A DNA stretch of 64,000 nt from Hypanus sabinus. Lineage: Eukaryota. Shown here in pieces: positions 12,201 to 26,950 of the stretch. The position numbers were made by a program, and so were the translations under genes. The stretch lies in NCBI RefSeq assembly GCF_030144855.1, contig NC_082732.1:22568001-22632000 (forward strand), written 5' to 3'. Under the pieces are notes generated by a model, which was not told the origin of the DNA, ran no database searches, and saw only the letters and a list, made by a program, of their open reading frames with translations. The number at the start of each line of letters is the position of its first letter. Position 1 is the first letter of the stretch.

Positions 12201-15200
12201 AGTTCCAGGGATATCCACTATTCCATTTAAAGAATAGATCTGTTTAATTCGTGTCCTTCGACTAATACTAGATTTTGGATGTTCTGAACGATATGGGAAG
12301 ATTTTAGATGGCTTGAACGCCGAAATGACCGATTTGAGGAAATACAACCTTCAAAAAAAAAGAGCTTGTTACCAGTAGCTTTGTCAGAAAACTGCTGTGT
12401 GTTCGTGGGGTTTTCTAACAGGAATATCGTCCATTTCAGTCCTTTGTCCCTGTCTTTGTTCCCCTCCCCTTTCCCTTTCCAATCGGCGCCATTTTAAGGC
12501 GATGGAAAGTTCTGGAGAGTCCGCCATTTTGTGGCACCCAATTTGCTGCCCTAACAGGGAGTGCAGCGCCTAGAAACTGCTGGAATACCAGAAATATAGA
12601 CTACCTTGTGGCTTAAAATAGTGGAATAACAAGCACTTAAGCCCTATACGATCTTAAAGTGTGATCTTTCTTGGAAGATGCTATTTCGTTTAGTCATATT
12701 GCTAAATAAAACTGGCTTTGCGTCCAACCTGTACAGATCAACTGTTACAAGATCGCTAAATTTAGGATATGTTAAATTTATATCGGGTTGGAGAGAAAGA
12801 AAATTCTCTGGGGAAAGGACAACAGTTTGGGTAGTGATACCACAATACAGTAAGTGTTTCAGAAAGGAGACCAATATAAAATACTTTATTAAATTTTGTA
12901 TTTAATCATTACGTCACCATTCAAACATACATTTACAAACATATGTACAGACATAGCCTGACGGGTCACATGCTTCTCACGCTCTTGCTGTAAAATTGAG
13001 ACCAAAAAAAATCACAAGTTTAATAGTTTTTTGGGTGGAGGGTTCGTGTTAAAACGGGTTTTCCGGCGATCAGCTGTTAGTGGGGGGGGGGAGGGTTAAG
13101 TTTTAAATGCTGATTGAAATTGCGAAATGTTCTTTGAATTCAGTTTGTGTGTCAAATGGTGCAATAGGCGGTTTCAAATGCCTGCTGTTTCAGCAGGCCC
13201 ATTTTTATCAAGGGGGGGAGAAAAGTTTCAGTTATATAACGTGTTTGATATTCTGGAAATTAGCTGCATATCACAAAGTTGAGACGGAAATGGAACTTGG
13301 TTGCAGAAAGGTTACTTGTTTGACCTATGTACTTTATAATCAATCAAGGATTATGTTTGCTGTTCTTGGGTATTTAGCCATAGTGACCTTTGGTGCAAGA
13401 TACCGAGGAGGGAAGGGCAAGGCTGTAAAGTACATGACTCATACGCTTACAGCTTTTTCAAAGGCTGCAATTATGTTCTGCAGTTGGCACACACGCAATA
13501 AGGTTGCATTTTGTGATAGTGGTAATATAAAAGCAGAACATAAAAAGGGTAATGGCGTAGTTATCGGAGAACTTTGGATTTGTGTTTGGTGCTAAACAAC
13601 AATAATTCAGAATTTGTTCCAAATGGAAGCTTTTGATCTAACTAATGTACTGCACTGTGTCTTGTGTACCTGATAATTGGGTCTTATTTTAGTTACACGT
13701 ATTTTTAGAAAATGCCCTTTGGAGGCACTTGCATTATTTCTGATTTTGTTTTCTTTCTCTGAATCGTCTATGGTAGACTCAGGGTATTAAAAAAGAGAAT
13801 TCTTGTATGGAAGGGAATATATTTAGAAACCCAGATGAATACAGGTGTATGTTAAGCTGTTCAAATGTTTTCGAGCATCAGGGATATGACATTTCTGCAG
13901 GAACATGGTGTTGATATAGAAAATCAGCCACTTCTATTATTTGTGAAGGCTGGTAATAAATAATTTTGTAAGTGAACACCAATTAAAATGCATCACAAAG
14001 CAAAATTGAAAGTGTTTTCTGGAGTTTCCTTATATGGCATGTATTTTACTTAATGATAGTGAACCCAAATTACCTTTGCAGTCTTCACTTGTGTGTAGTT
14101 GGGCATCTTTTGGTTAACACTTCTTTGACCTGTGCATTTTGTCCTTTCCAAATAAAACAAAAACAGAAGAATGTTACCCCAAAGGCTGGTGTGTACATGT
14201 ATATGTCTTTGGATTACATTCTGCTGACTAAACTGGTCCTAAACAGAACTGCAATTTAGCTTCATGTTCCATTTATATGTGTACTTAGTGATGTTTTGTA
14301 TCAAATTCAGTAGTTGCTTCCCAGCAACCAGTTTTGTGGTTTCCCAGCAACTACCTTTTTGTTTTGTGGAAACCATGTACATTTGTTCCAAACTGGCTTT
14401 GTTTGCTATTCATTGGTTTAACTGTAAATAGTTACTACACTTTTTGCTGTATTTTATGTTTATTACTGAGGTTTCCAGAAATTCTCTGTGATCTAAAAAT
14501 GGGTCACATTGCTTCAAGTGCCTTGATACTAAGAACATTTTATCTGAATGTCTGATTTGTATTTTAAAAATGTAAGTTTCTATTACAAAGCCACAAAATA
14601 GGAACAAGGGTACGTCCCTTAAGCTTGTCCTGTGGCTGAACTGCCCTAGACCACACCTGTGCCAGTTCCAGAGAGCCCTCAATTGTGTAATCATACAAAA
14701 ATGTATTCAACTCCCCAAGGTATTAGTCTCCTCAAACTTCTGGGGTACAGAACTCCAGCAGTTAACCACCTTTGGTGAAAATGATTTGTTACACAGCTTT
14801 AAATGACTGTTTCTTTTCTAACTCTGCCTTCTTACTCATGGAAACATCTCAACCTATGTAATGCTCCCTTAGGAATTCACATATCAGTAAGATTGAAGAT
14901 TTTCCTAGTCTTTTCAGAAATTAGCAACTTCACTGATGGACGTTTTCCAAATATTGTTTGGAAAACGTTTAATTGTTTGGAGCTGTTTAATTAACAATAG
15001 GTCTCTAACCAAATATCCTTCCATGTCAATTTGGTGGAAACAGAAGAAAAATGGTAAAATTAATTCAGCCCAATATGGATTGTCCCTTTATTTCGGTTAT
15101 TTCCTCTATTTAAATAGAGGGGAATATTCTGCATGATGAACAGCATCTATGCATAAAAGCATTTCACATCAATGATCAATTATCACTAGTTATAGAATCA

Positions 15201-18200
15201 GAACACAGCACAGGAATAGGCCCTTCAGCCTATTCTGCCTTTCAGCCTGAACCTGAATAGAAGCACTCCATCTTCCTCCCATCCATGTACCTATCCAAAT
15301 TTCTCTTAAGTCATACTTGCATCCACCACTTACTCTGTCAGTTTGTTGCACACACTCAACATTTTCTGAAGAAACTCCCTTTAAACATTTCTCTTTTCAC
15401 CCTTAATCCACAACCTCTAGTTCTAATCTCACCCTACCTCAGTGGGGAAAAAAAACTTGCATGCATTTACCTTAAATTTTACCCCTGTTTACATTTAACC
15501 CTCATCAAATCTTCTCTTATTCTCCTATACCCTAGGAAATAAAGTCCTGATCTGTTCAACCTGTCCTTATTACACAGATAATGGTTCCTGTAACTTTTGT
15601 GCATGGTAACTTCCCAGAAACAACAATCAACAGATTGGTTTGGATCTCCATAGAGGAATAAATATGAATGGGGTAGCAGGAGAAAACTTCAACTCTTCTT
15701 CAGAAGGAAGAGCATATTAAGAAACCCTCATTTTCTCTTAGAAATTATAGCAGGGGTGCTTGTGCATCCGTCTCTGGAGCACTCTTCTGGAGAAGCCCGC
15801 CAAGAACAGAATTGGTATCAACTATCTCCTGTCACAGACTGGCATCTAATGAAGAGTTCAAACTGCAATGAAATACTGGCTTTTTTTGCTATCCAAATGC
15901 TCCTTGACCTTAGTTTTTACAGCATTGTTTTTATTTTTGGTTCCCAGAAACCAGTATTGTAATACTTCTTAATTATATGTGTTTGAATTCTTTTTTTCTG
16001 ATAACGATAGTTCATCATGTGACCTTTAAAAGAAAAATAGGTTTCTAAAATGCAAAACATAGTCTCTAAATGCTAGCAGTTAGATAAGCTTCTTCCATAT
16101 TGTGAATGTCTTTTATCGTTTCTCTGCTTGTATTATTCCAAACATCGATGTTTGTTACTTGATTTAATGGCATGTGCAATTTAGGAAACTACTTTCATCC
16201 ATTTCTAAAAATGAATACACAAGGAGCTTAAATTAACTTTGTTTATTAGCATTTATTTAGTTACTTTAAAATTATCACATTTCCTTAAAGTTCTGATGCT
16301 CTCCTGACGACCCTTAAAGTATCCATGAAATGTTTCATGGGTGAATTCATCTGGACACCCATATGCATGTCCTTTCCAGATCAAATCATTGGCTAGCATG
16401 CTAATAGTTTTTCCCTCAATTCAAAGATGTTGCATTTAACTTAAATTGACACCAATTTATCATAGGTGTGTGGTCATGGACCCTTTCCTCTTATAACTAT
16501 TTTCATCCAAGTGAAATCCTTGGATGTATCGGACATGTGGAAAAAGTATGTGACCACAAACCTACATTACACCAAGTTATTCAACTAACCGTGAAACTAC
16601 TAGGTTATCTAGAGAGAAAGTAAATGGTTTTCTGATGCCTTTGAGGGATGGAAATACCTCTTCAGCTGGTGAAGTGTATGTGTGACTCCAGATCCATTGA
16701 TTTAAGTTAACTCCGAACTATATCCTCAATTATATAGAAGCATTGGATTAGGAGTAAACCATCTGGCCCTTCAAGCCTCCTCTGCTATTCCAATGATCAC
16801 ACCAGATTCTTAGTACCATGCTTTTATTTCTTACTGCCCTTGCTGAATTCTGTGCTTGGACGTCTGTCTGTCTCCCTTTAAGTATATTTTGTCTTCACCT
16901 CCTGTCAATCCTCCCATCTGAATGGGGGAGGAGGGAAGTTTTTATAAATCATATTTCAGTATTGTCACCCTGTATCATGAAACTGTCACCCCTGATTCCA
17001 GACTCTTTTCCTTTTCACCAACCTACCCCTCCCTCTCTTCACCTACTGACTGGCAACGTCCAACTATTCTGTATCAGCCCCAATTTCTCCTTCAGTGACC
17101 ATAAATCCCTGTATGGTAAGACTATCCTTGCCAAAACTGAGTATTGTCTTACCAAGGTCTTCTATAATTTTAGTAAGACAAGCTTGCTCCTGTCTTCATT
17201 ACAAAATGGCATGTAGACCAAAATACTACTTGATACTTCAACTGCTGGTCACACTTGCATGTTTGCTTTTGATAACTGGTGTTTAAAGACATTGTATTTG
17301 TTTGTACATTAATTTATTACTATTTAAATAATACTTTGCCTTTGTGTTTTTCTTACCAAAGCTGATAACTTCACCTTCCTACAGGCAACTATTGGGATAT
17401 TTTACCTCCTCCAACTCCCTTCCTCTCTTCTCTCCCCCCCCCCCTCCCCATTAGGGAACAAAAAAAATTTAGACCTACCTTGTAGATCTGGGGCCTTCTG
17501 AAAAATGCATGACTGCAACAAATAGTACTTGTTTATGTTTGTCTTGTAAACTGTCACTTTGCAATAGTAGTCTCATTCAGGATTTCCATCAATCTTAAAA
17601 ATTCTTGGGTGATACTAACCTTTAGTTGAGATAGTAGTGTTAGTTAGCCTTGCTGCTGCTTTCATTGAAATTAGCTAAGATTTTGGAGGACTGGTGCAAG
17701 ACACTTGTGACTTATTTTTTGCTCATAATATTTAGATTATTGCATTCTTGTTAATCCAAGAAATAATCAGTTTAGTAGTGTAATGTATAACATTAGGATG
17801 CTCCAACCTGTCAAACTAAATTATTCTGATTTGTTTTGGATTTCTCAATACATACCTTGTCCTGATTTACATATTAAATGTGTGTTGTAAAATGACCAAA
17901 TGTCGTTAAATGTGGAAGTTACTGTTACTAAGTATAGTTATTAATATTTTGTAGGTTTCATATTCAGAATAGTGCAATGATTTATTTCGCTTCCGAGAAC
18001 CCCTGAAATCAACTGCAGTAGCATCCTGAATGTGCAGATTTGTAATAGGAACTCTTTCTATTTTGGGAATTGAATCTTGCTGCTTCTGTTAGCTAGTATA
18101 TGCTTCAAGAAATACATTTATACCAGTGTAATCACTTATTTTCTCAGCAGCATTTTACCTAGACTCGATGGTAAAACAGTTATCATACTTTTTTGCAGAA

Positions 18201-18619
18201 ATATAACCCTTACGCAATATTACAAGTATGGATAAGCTATAAGTTACAGTATTAGGTTGTACTTGGGGGACGTTTACTTTGAGGATTTTATTATTCTTTG
18301 TACTTATATTTTGAGTACAAGTGAAAGGTTTTTTCTGTTTTTTTTGTTAGTTAATTAAGGAATATATTACTATGAAGGCATTATTTAAGGCCCAAAAGAA
18401 ATTGCATTTGAAAAAGGGAACTGCCATCTTGAATCATTATGGTCTTTTTGGTGATTTATTTGTACTGTGTTTCCAAAGAGTTGTGTGTGGCTTCAAGGGG
18501 ACTTGCAAGAGTCAATAATCTCATATCTGTTTTCAGCTTGTGCACTTGGGTAGGACAGGTTGTGATTATGGCTATTGTGCTTGGATTTGTCTACATTGCA
18601 TTTTGTTTTTATGATGCTC

Positions 18620-19843
18620 TTGCATTCATCATCTTGAAGTGTTTTGAGAGACTGGTCATGGTATGCATTAATTCCAGCCTCACAAGCAATCTTGACTTAC
18701 TGCTGCTTGTCCACTGACGTAATAACTCTATGGTAGGCACCATCTCCCTGACCTACACTCATCTCTGGAGCATCTGGAAAGCAAAGACACCTATGTTAGG
18801 CTATTGTTTAATAACCACAGCTCTACCTTCAGTACTACAATTACAAACAAACTCATCTGTAAACTCCTAATCCTGGGACTCAGTGCTTCATGTCCAACAG
18901 ACCACATTCAGTAAGGATGGGCAGCCAACACTAACATACCATAAGACTGCATCCTTGTCCCCCAACCCCATTGCCTATACACTAACAAATGCATAGCCAG
19001 ATTCTGCGTTAATTCCATGTGCACATTTGTAGATGACACCACTAAATGGGCTGTATCTTAATGAGTTGAGTAAAGGAAGCCTAGTGATATGGTGTCATAA
19101 CAACCTTTTCCTCAGTGTCAGTAAAACAGGAGCTGGTCATTGATTTCAAGAAGAGGCCGCAATAAAGAGGCGCCTCTTTACAGTAACAATGTTGACATTG
19201 AGACAGTTGATAGATTCAAGATCATGAGCGTGAGCATCACCAATAGGCTACCCTGATCCAATCACATTGATAGGACCTTACTGCTCCTCTACTTAGGAAG
19301 CTAAGGAAATTTGGCACAGCCCCTTTGACCCTTAACAATTTTTATTTATGCACTATAGAAAGCTTCCTATTGTGTTGAATCATATTATGGCAGTTCCTCT
19401 GCTCATGACTGCAATAAACTAGAGATGTGAGCACAACTCAGTGCTTAATGGAAACCAACCTCCCCTCCACAATCTCTGTTTACACATGTCACTGTCTCAG
19501 TAAAACAGCCAGCATAATCAAAGGCCCCACCCACCCCAGACACTCTCTCCACTCCCCTCTACCATTGGGACAAAAGGCACAAAAGCCTGAAAATATTCCA
19601 CCAGGCTCAAAGACAGTTCTTTCATTAGAAACTATTGAATGGTTTCCTGATGTAATAATATGGACTCTTGACCCCTCTCTACTTAAGTGATCTTTCTTAC
19701 CTGCACCACACTTTCTCTGTACTGTAACACTTTATCCTACACTTTATTTTACCTTGTACTTAATGCACAGTTATAATGTATGGGCAATATGCAAGATAAA
19801 TTTATCCACAGTACTTCAGTTCAAGAGACAATAATAAACCAAT
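18620..19843 (+). mobile_element. Rex1/Babar-like LINE 3' fragment, decayed RT
   Basis: Translates in pieces to IILKCFERLVM, LEHLESKDTYVRLLF, FVDDTT and LSVSKT-ELVIDF. Confidence 0.82.
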
Positions 19844-21226
19844 TTTCCTCAGTCAATGAAATAATACTAAAATGCAGCCGTCGGTTGTAAGGAGACATGT
19901 AACTTGTGCGAACTATTTGGTGGCAGCACAAATCAGTGTTTAGCCCGTACCTTTTCTTGATTTTCTCTTGCACCTCTCGAGGCTGGAATGTATTTGCAAG
20001 CTACTCAATCTTGACACATTCTCCTTGTACAAATTGTGTAATGCAAAGTGATGACACAATATTCCACTGTTTAGGCTACACAGCCAAGTCCAATATTGCA
20101 CTTGGCAATTATAAAAATGGTATCCAGCAGTTGGAATTGCTGGATGGCATTTAGCATTCCTAACTTCTTTCCTCCTTATCCTGAGAACAAATGTTTTTTT
20201 GCCACCCAACCTTTGATTAAACCACTTGGCATAAATCAAGGATTAAAACTGGTTTGTATTATTTCAATAGTGTATATTGATTTCTTTTACTGTTTCATTG
20301 TGATGCAGTGGAACAGATGTACTTCAATATGAATTGAGGTGGGACAGTTGCTGCTACTTTAAAAGACCCTTTGTTATTCAAGTGACATATATATAATTAG
20401 TTCTGTAATTATGCTGGTTCCAAAATGTAATACAACCTAAAGCACGATTGCTTATATTTAAGTTGGATATATTTTAGGGGTCAGTGTTATTTGATGTGTG
20501 CAACTTCTGATCTAATGTAAATAGGAACAGATATCAAGTACAAAGATTCACAACTTTTAATATGAAATAGTATATTAAATGTGCTACATATGGAAAGATT
20601 GCTTAGTCCTTGGAACTGGCAGCAATATATTTGGAGCTGGTATCAGGAAGATAAATAAAACTTTTTTCATAAAATTAAAAAAAACTTGGATGCAGTTGAA
20701 TTAGCTTAAAAACATGCCATCTTGCCCATCGTGCCTGTACCCATCTCAAAGGCTTACATGAATGCATTTTTTCTTTTACATTGAGCTTGTGTAGACAAGT
20801 ACTCTTTACTTATCACAATGCATGATACAGTAAATTAATTCATTATACAGGCTTTCCATTCCATACCTGCCCAATCAGGAAGTGATGATATAATTTCATA
20901 ATAGGGAAAATGTGACTGCCAGTTTGTATAGCCCCTCAGTATTATCACTAAATTTGTAAGGAGGGTGCTGATGCCAGTCTTATAGCTGATAGTTATTTTG
21001 GGTTTGATCATCGGCTATTCATCAAATCTGGTATTTTCAAGGGTTCTTTTTGGCACATTAGAGCTAAGTATACAGAAGCCTCTCACATAAATGGGGTCTG
21101 AGGAATGGTTTTTCAGCAGTCTTAAGTTCTGATACTGTCTATTTGAAGTGATTAGAAACGAAATAGAGATTTGCAACAACAAACAGCAGTTCACAAGTTG
21201 AATAATTCAGTTCTAAAATCTGGTCT

Positions 21227-21340
21227 TCAAGGAGTGGAGCTGGTACTTAGGGATATGTTACAAGTCTTGCAAAGGATCTGTTTGTTGAGTGGAAAACATC
21301 CTTCTTCAGTTGGGTCAGGAGATAGAACAATTCCACATTT
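21227..21340 (-). CDS. FBLIM1: FBLIM1 last coding exon (LIM3, second part, and stop)
   Basis: tattacag|KCGIVLSPDPTEEGCFPLNKQILCKTCNISLSTSSTP*, similar to human DCRILLSVEPTDQGCYPLNNHLFCKPC. It completes LIM3; 114 nt, giving a total CDS of 1122 nt = 373 aa. Confidence 0.93.
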   Translation of the reverse strand, partial: KCGIVLSPDPTEEGCFPLNKQILCKTCNISLSTSSTP

Positions 21341-21637
21341 CTGTAATACAACATGAAACATTTTAATCCACAGAATGAGTAAATAGACATTACATTCCAA
21401 ACTCTTCACTAGTGCTAACTCGAATTGCTAGCATCCTAATCCCACAACAATTAATCTGATTGTGACAAAGGGTCTAAGTGGATTTCTCAGCGCACAACCC
21501 TGTCCCTAGATTAACACACAAACAATATCAACCCCAGAATATGTACTCAAAGGAAATTATGAGTGATGCTCCCAGATAAATTAAGTCACTGGACCATTCC
21601 CTTTATAGAAGTTTAATCTATTCCTGGTCTTCGTTAA

Positions 21638-22787
21638 AACTGACTAGACCTTGGCCTCAATGCCTCCTTGTGCAATTATCTCATTTGCAGACCCCAGTCA
21701 GTTCGGATTGGCAACAACATCTCCATCAGCAAAGGTGCACTACATTAAACTGTGTGTTTAGTCTGCTGCTCTACTCACTTTACTCTTGCGACTGTGTGGC
21801 TAAACACAGCTGCAATGCCTTATTCAAATTTGCTGATGACACCACTGTCGTAGGCCAAATCAAAGATGTTGATGAAGCAGCATATAGGAGGGAGGTTGAA
21901 AATATGGTTAAGTGGTGTTATAACACCAACCTCTTATTCAATGTCAGCAAGACCAAGGAACTAGTTACAGACTTCAGAAGGAAACCAGGGGTACATAAGC
22001 CAGTTTTTCATCATAGGATCAGAGTTGGAGAGAGTTAGCAACTTTAAATTCCTAGGTGTTACTATTTTGGAGAAACTGTTCTGGGCCCAGAATGCAAGTG
22101 CAATTATGAAGAAAGCACAGCACCAGCTCTACTTCCTTAGTGTCTGCTGAGATTCAGCATGACATTAAAACTGTCACAAACTTCTACAGATGTGTTGTGG
22201 AAAGTTATTGACTGACTATATCACAGCCTAGTAGGGAAACACCAATGTCCTTGAATAGAAAATTCTACAAAAAGTAGTGGATACAACCCCGTCTATCATG
22301 AAGAAAGCCCTCCCAACCATTGAGCACATCTACATGAAATACTTGCAGGAAAGCAGCAGCCATCAAGGACCCCCTCCGCCCAGGAGGTGTTCTCTTCTCG
22401 CTGCTGCCTCAGGAAGGTGTAAGAGCCTCCAGGTTCAAGAATAGCTGCTACCCCTCAACCATCAGATTCTTGAACAAAATTGGATAACTTCACTCAAATT
22501 CACTTGCCCCACTGTTGAAATGTCCCACAATCAGTGGATTGGATTCTTTTCCAAGGGCTCTTCATCGCATGTTCTCAATGCTTATTGCTTTTTTTAAACA
22601 TTTTTTTTGTACTTGCACAGTTTATTGTCTTCTGCACTCTAGTTGAATGCCCTAGTTGGGTGGTCTTCCATTGATTCTGTTATGATTATTAGTCATAGAT
22701 TTATGAAGTATGCCCACAAGAAAATGAATCTCAAGGTTGTATATGATAACATAAATGTATTTTCATAATATAATTTACTTTGAACTT
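21638..22787 (+). mobile_element. Rex1/Babar-like LINE 3' fragment
   Basis: ORF 21670-22038 contains KFADDTTVVG...AYRREVE...NVSKTKELVTDFRR. The 3' UTR AAGAAAATGAATCTCA is shared with 4400-4530 and 58700-58940. Confidence 0.88.
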
Positions 22788-25624
22788 GGGACTTTATAGT
22801 AAGCTATCAAATGTTAATATCAAAATTTGTCCTTACAATACAGTTCACACAGAAACAAAAATGTTTCCATAGTAATACTATGCAATGTTACGCTAATGCA
22901 AGGACATTAATCTACTTTCACAAAGGCACAATACATGTCTGTCACATGCAATAATTCACACTAAAAATAGTACTCATAACACAATGTACTCCGCTTCTGC
23001 ACACTTCACACTTCACCTCCAGACAGCAGTTTGTTCAGTTGTGCAGTATCCAGATTTCAACACCATCTGCTAGTATAATAGTGTTACATTTAGTATACTG
23101 GGTTTAGATGAACCGTCAATGCCCTAGTCTATTAGCTGTAAAGACTAGATTTAATACTCTTTTACAGTATACATTCAAGGTAACCAGTCCAAGTGATACC
23201 ACATTGAAGTTGGCAGCAAAATCAGTGCATGGTGTCTGATATGCCACACATTACTTTAAAGTTAGCAAATTGAGATCTCTTTTGCGTAGACCTTTCATCA
23301 CATTGAAGTGAATTTTCATCATTATTCTTAATATTACGTATATTAGAGTAGTTTATGGTGGTTGCAAAAGGCAACTAAGTAAAAATGCAATTGTTATATA
23401 AGGATCAATTATCTGTTATGACTGTGTAGAGAAACAAGAAACTGATTATCAGTGATTATATTATAATGCCTGGGTCATTGGAGTATTTTCCTATATGATT
23501 CTATTTCATCTTTCTGTTTCCCATAATTATAACCTTGAAACAAAAAAAATGCACTATCTAGTTTTGGTTTAGAATTCTATTTAAGCAGTGGTAGTAACGT
23601 TGCCTTATTTATTGGTTTACTACAAATTCTGGATCTCCTGAAATAGTGCCAAAAATTTTGATTATACTGCACTATCCTACCCTGCTTCTGCTCTAGAGGA
23701 AGAATTGTCCTACCCTAAATTTTAAGGCTTTTTTAATACTTACTTTTCTACATCTTTAATCTAAAGATTTTTGGCCCATTTTGTTAATCTTGTATTCCAG
23801 GTAACTTAAAAATCTATTCAAGAATATTAACTATTGTTCAGTTGAAAACTCCATTAAGAAAATCCTATTCCGTTGCAATTGTCATTTACAACTAAATAAT
23901 TGTGTACAGCATTTTGCTTTTAAAGGACGTTTGTGCTGTGTCTCATTGAGTAAATCCTATTGTAATTCATTTAAGTTGTTGGCAGTATACTTGTGTATCT
24001 GGTCCAGGAAAATTCTTAGTGTTTGCTGTATATTTATGACTAAATATAGACATTTTTGAGGGTAGATGTATATAGTATAAATGTTGTGGTCAATAACAAG
24101 CTTGATCGTGTAGTGCATAGACAAGGCCATTTCCCTTATCCAACTCATTCAAAGCCTAATCCGATTCTTTGCTCTATGTTCCTGTTTAATTATTTCATTC
24201 TATTGTGCAATTTGGACATTGGTATCCTGGATGCTGGGCAGACTAGTTTACATAGTTTACAACATTTTGCAACTTTTTCCAATCCTGTGCAATGGCCCCT
24301 CCATACCAGACAATCAATGCTTTCACTTCCATTGTTGATGAAGGCACCTCAACTGACAGCAATAATATTTAATTGTTTTAAATCTCATTTCCCCCTTGGC
24401 TCCAACAAAAACAATCACATTGTATTTTCTATAGTGGAGCTAAAAAAGTGCTCTAATCAGTATTTCAAACAAATTTACTTTGTTTACTGTGTTACATTCT
24501 TTTTTAATTCCTGATTGCTCTTTTAAATTGTTCATTATGTACATTTGTACTCTAAGAAAACATTTTTGAGGCAGGTCTTTTGGTCCACATTAATACATTT
24601 TCATTGTGTGTATGCTCCCTCGTTTTTAATTCAACTTATCCACAATAAATTATATTGTTTCACAATTGTCTGCTCTCTAACCTGCCAATGTCCTTTTGAA
24701 AGCTGCCTCTGACTGTAAATTTATCATCCTTTTGTATCATAAACAAATTAAGATTTGACTTTTTCCCCAATCTCTTGACAGATTGATGTAAATATGATCC
24801 TGGGCGGTGTCTCAATGTTGAGTGTAACATGCTTCCATTTTAGTTCTGAGGTTACTGAAGTCCATGTGGGAACCACAGATTGAGTAGAAGGTACCTGACC
24901 AGATGGGTGAGTGGGTAGCAGATAAGATGCTATTCTTTTACTGCTCTCTGTTCTGGAATTTTGTATATTCCTGATGTATGCGAATAAGATTTCTTAATGC
25001 CATCCAAAATGCTCCCCTCCATTCTGAGCAGTCTTATACCCTCCACTCTAGCAGACATCTTGTTGATGACATTCTGCATTGGGGCAAGGGTTATTGGAAA
25101 AAGTGGAGCAATGACACATCCTTGACAGTCTTCACTGAGATTGTGGATTGTTTAGGATCATGGCTTGCATACCATTGTGAAACAAACATATGCTGAAGAC
25201 TGACTTTGAGATGAAGTTTCACACTATCTCCCTGTGGATGTAATCAAATGCTTTGAGGTTGAAAAAGGCTATATTTATAGTGGTTGGTGCTGCTCCATGC
25301 ATTTCAGCTCAAATCGTCACACAAAGAGAATGCCACGTGTGAACTTGGGAAGCAAGTGGGAAGTAAACAAGGCTTTGAAGCAGACAGTACTCCTAAATTC
25401 AAAAGCTTGAGCAGCTTAATTTGTGAATCTACATATGTTTGGTCTACAATTTGGTAGAGGCTGACTTCAAAGATACTATGACTCTTCCAGAAAGGAGACA
25501 TTTGACCTTAAAATGACATCCTTGCTGTTGACCATAGTGAAAATCAGGATTACTCTTAATGACATGCCGGTGGCCAATTGCAACATTATATCTATTCTAG
25601 AGACAAATAAGATATCATTTATAA

Positions 25625-25705
25625 TAGGGGTTCCCAAACTGGGGTCCACGCACCACTAGTTTAACAGTAGGGTTTTATGGCATAAAGAAAGGTTTGGAAT
25701 GCCTG
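25625..25705. mobile_element. 81-bp hAT (Charlie-like) MITE
   Basis: Imperfect TIRs TAGGGGTTCCCAAACT / AGGTTTGGAATGCCTG and an 8-bp TSD ATTTATAA / ATTTACAA. Confidence 0.75.
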
Positions 25706-26029
25706 ATTTACAAGATACTGCACAATCCTTAAGGAGGTGAAGTCCTAACTTCATGCAAAATTTCTCTTCACCATACTGGTCTCAACTGCATATAACCATT
25801 GACCAGTATATAAAACACAGTATTTAGCAATTTGCCAAAATAGTTAATATCTAGCTGCAGAATATGAATTCACTAAGGGAACCACAAATCACTGAGAATA
25901 TCTTTCTCCACTAGAGAAGACAAGAGCATCATTGTAATGTAAACACTTCCTTCCATGTCATTATTTTAATTTTGATTTATTTTTCCCACACTTTGCTACT
26001 GCACCACCATTTTGGAATTGTTTCACTAT

Positions 26030-26950
26030 GGACAATTAGTTTGGATTTCTTTTGGGAAGATTGTGTCTTGACTAATTCTATGAGGAGGTAGCAGTGTACT
26101 TATATAAAGGTTTGACAAAGTCCTTTGTGGTAGATTGCTCAAAAATACAATAGTTTTCAGCATCCAAGACTGAAAAATTGGATACACAATACTGTAGATA
26201 TTTGTGTGATTGTAAGACTGTTGCCAGTAGGGTTCCAGAAAGTGAAATGCTCACTCTTTTATCAAATGTGGTAGAGATAGAGTGTGGAAGCTGGTTCTTT
26301 GGTGCAAGTCCACACTCACCATCAACTACTAATGTCTCACAAGTTCTAGATTATACCATTTTATTATGAAATTCCCTAGCTTGTACCTCTCACCTACACA
26401 CTAGTGGTAATTTGTAATGATCAATTAATTTACCTACCCACACATCTTTGGGTGGATTGGGAGAGAAATTGAAGTGGTCAGAGGAAATCCAGGTGGTAAC
26501 TGAGATCAACTGTAAGCCCCATACAGCACCCAAGGTCAGGATTGAATCCTGTACTCTGGCACTGAGGTAGCAGTTCTGCTGGATGCGCCACTGTGCTAAG
26601 AAAAATATGTATTTATTGATTTAGACATAAATGGATGAGGCACAATGAAAGGTTTCAGATGGTATTAAAAATTGTCTATGCTTGACAGTGAAGAAGTATA
26701 GTTTAACCAGCAGGAATATATAGATAATCTGTTTTTCTGTGCAGAAAAAATGGCAAATGGAATTTTGGTGAAATCTAATGTAATGAGGAAAGTAGAACAG
26801 GGCAGTGGAATGTACAGTAAAGAATTGAATTGTGGAATAGTAAAGAGACTGTCCTGTGTATGTTCAGAAATTCTTGTTACCTGAGGCATAAAATAAAGAG
26901 ATTATGTCAGAACTGTGCACAACATCAGTTAGTACTTGAAGTCTACACTT
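26030..26950 (+). mobile_element. Old CR1-like LINE fragment with a nested antisense V-SINE (~26400-26597)
   Basis: Decayed SCLTN..EF..E and FDKV motifs. The nested part carries AGGATTGAATCC...GCGCCACTGTGC, the reverse of a tRNA head. Confidence 0.55.

Noticed and set aside
13107-13595. 162-aa plus-strand ORF
   Set aside because: No recognisable homology or exon structure; composition looks like translated non-coding DNA.
19900-21226. FBLIM1 poly(A) site
   Set aside because: No unambiguous minus-strand AATAAA could be assigned, so the 3' UTR end is not called.
24056-24514. 152-aa plus-strand ORF inside the last FBLIM1 intron
   Set aside because: Non-ATG start, no motif, antisense to FBLIM1.
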